Shown here: positions 5,277 through 5,414 of the stretch, one piece after another
How positions within the stretch are numbered: position 1 is the stretch's first letter
How the letters are laid out: every line of letters starts with the position of its first letter
From: Octopus sinensis
Taxonomy: Eukaryota
Reading direction: 5' to 3'
Assembly: GCF_006345805.1 (NCBI RefSeq)
Contig: NW_021830058.1
Span: 1 to 5,414 of the forward strand
DNA length: 5,414 nucleotides
The notes under the pieces: model-generated
What the model was told of the DNA's origin: nothing
Database searches by the model: none
Seen by the model: the letters and a program-made list of their open reading frames with translations, nothing else
Made by a program: the position numbers and the translations under genes

Positions 5277-5414
5277 TTTTTAAACCCATAAAAATGCCCT
5301 GGGATTTGCACTTACATAGTATGGAGTGTTGAGCCCATTTTATGGAAATGAGACTACCATGAGCATATAAAAAACAAAAAATAGTTAAAATATCTTCTTA
5401 GCATATATGGTGGC

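Noticed and set aside
5087-5332. 81-aa plus-strand ORF
   Set aside because: Antisense translation of the SINE-B unit and head plus flank; no protein-like features.

Overview
Eukaryotic, repeat-dominated, apparently non-coding DNA (intergenic or intronic). It is most likely from an octopus or other coleoid cephalopod; this is inferred from my recollection of the two tRNA-derived SINE families and was not checked against a database. I find no intact protein-coding gene. The only real coding signal is the ORF2 C-terminus of a 5'-truncated CR1-clade LINE (minus strand, ~1551-2026) ending in a (TAAC)13 tail. Layout: (i) unique DNA 1-434 with a ~87-nt fold-back carrying two inverted octamer motifs; (ii) a ~97%-identical local duplication (435-781 vs 1000-1300 + 2188-2226), with a circularly permuted 184-bp SINE-B monomer and a micro-repeat scar between the copies; (iii) an 887-bp insert in the second copy that contains the CR1 fragment; (iv) SINE family A (minus, 2227-3600) with its tRNA-like promoter head repeated six times at ~185-bp period; (v) an A-rich unexplained stretch; (vi) SINE family B (minus, 4458-5244) with its body repeated four times at 184-185-bp period, flanked by an 18-bp target-site duplication inside an older related SINE. 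The most interesting signal is that two unrelated SINE segments form tandem arrays of the same ~185-bp period, and a free one-period permuted monomer sits nearby. Mechanistic explanations for this are hypotheses only.
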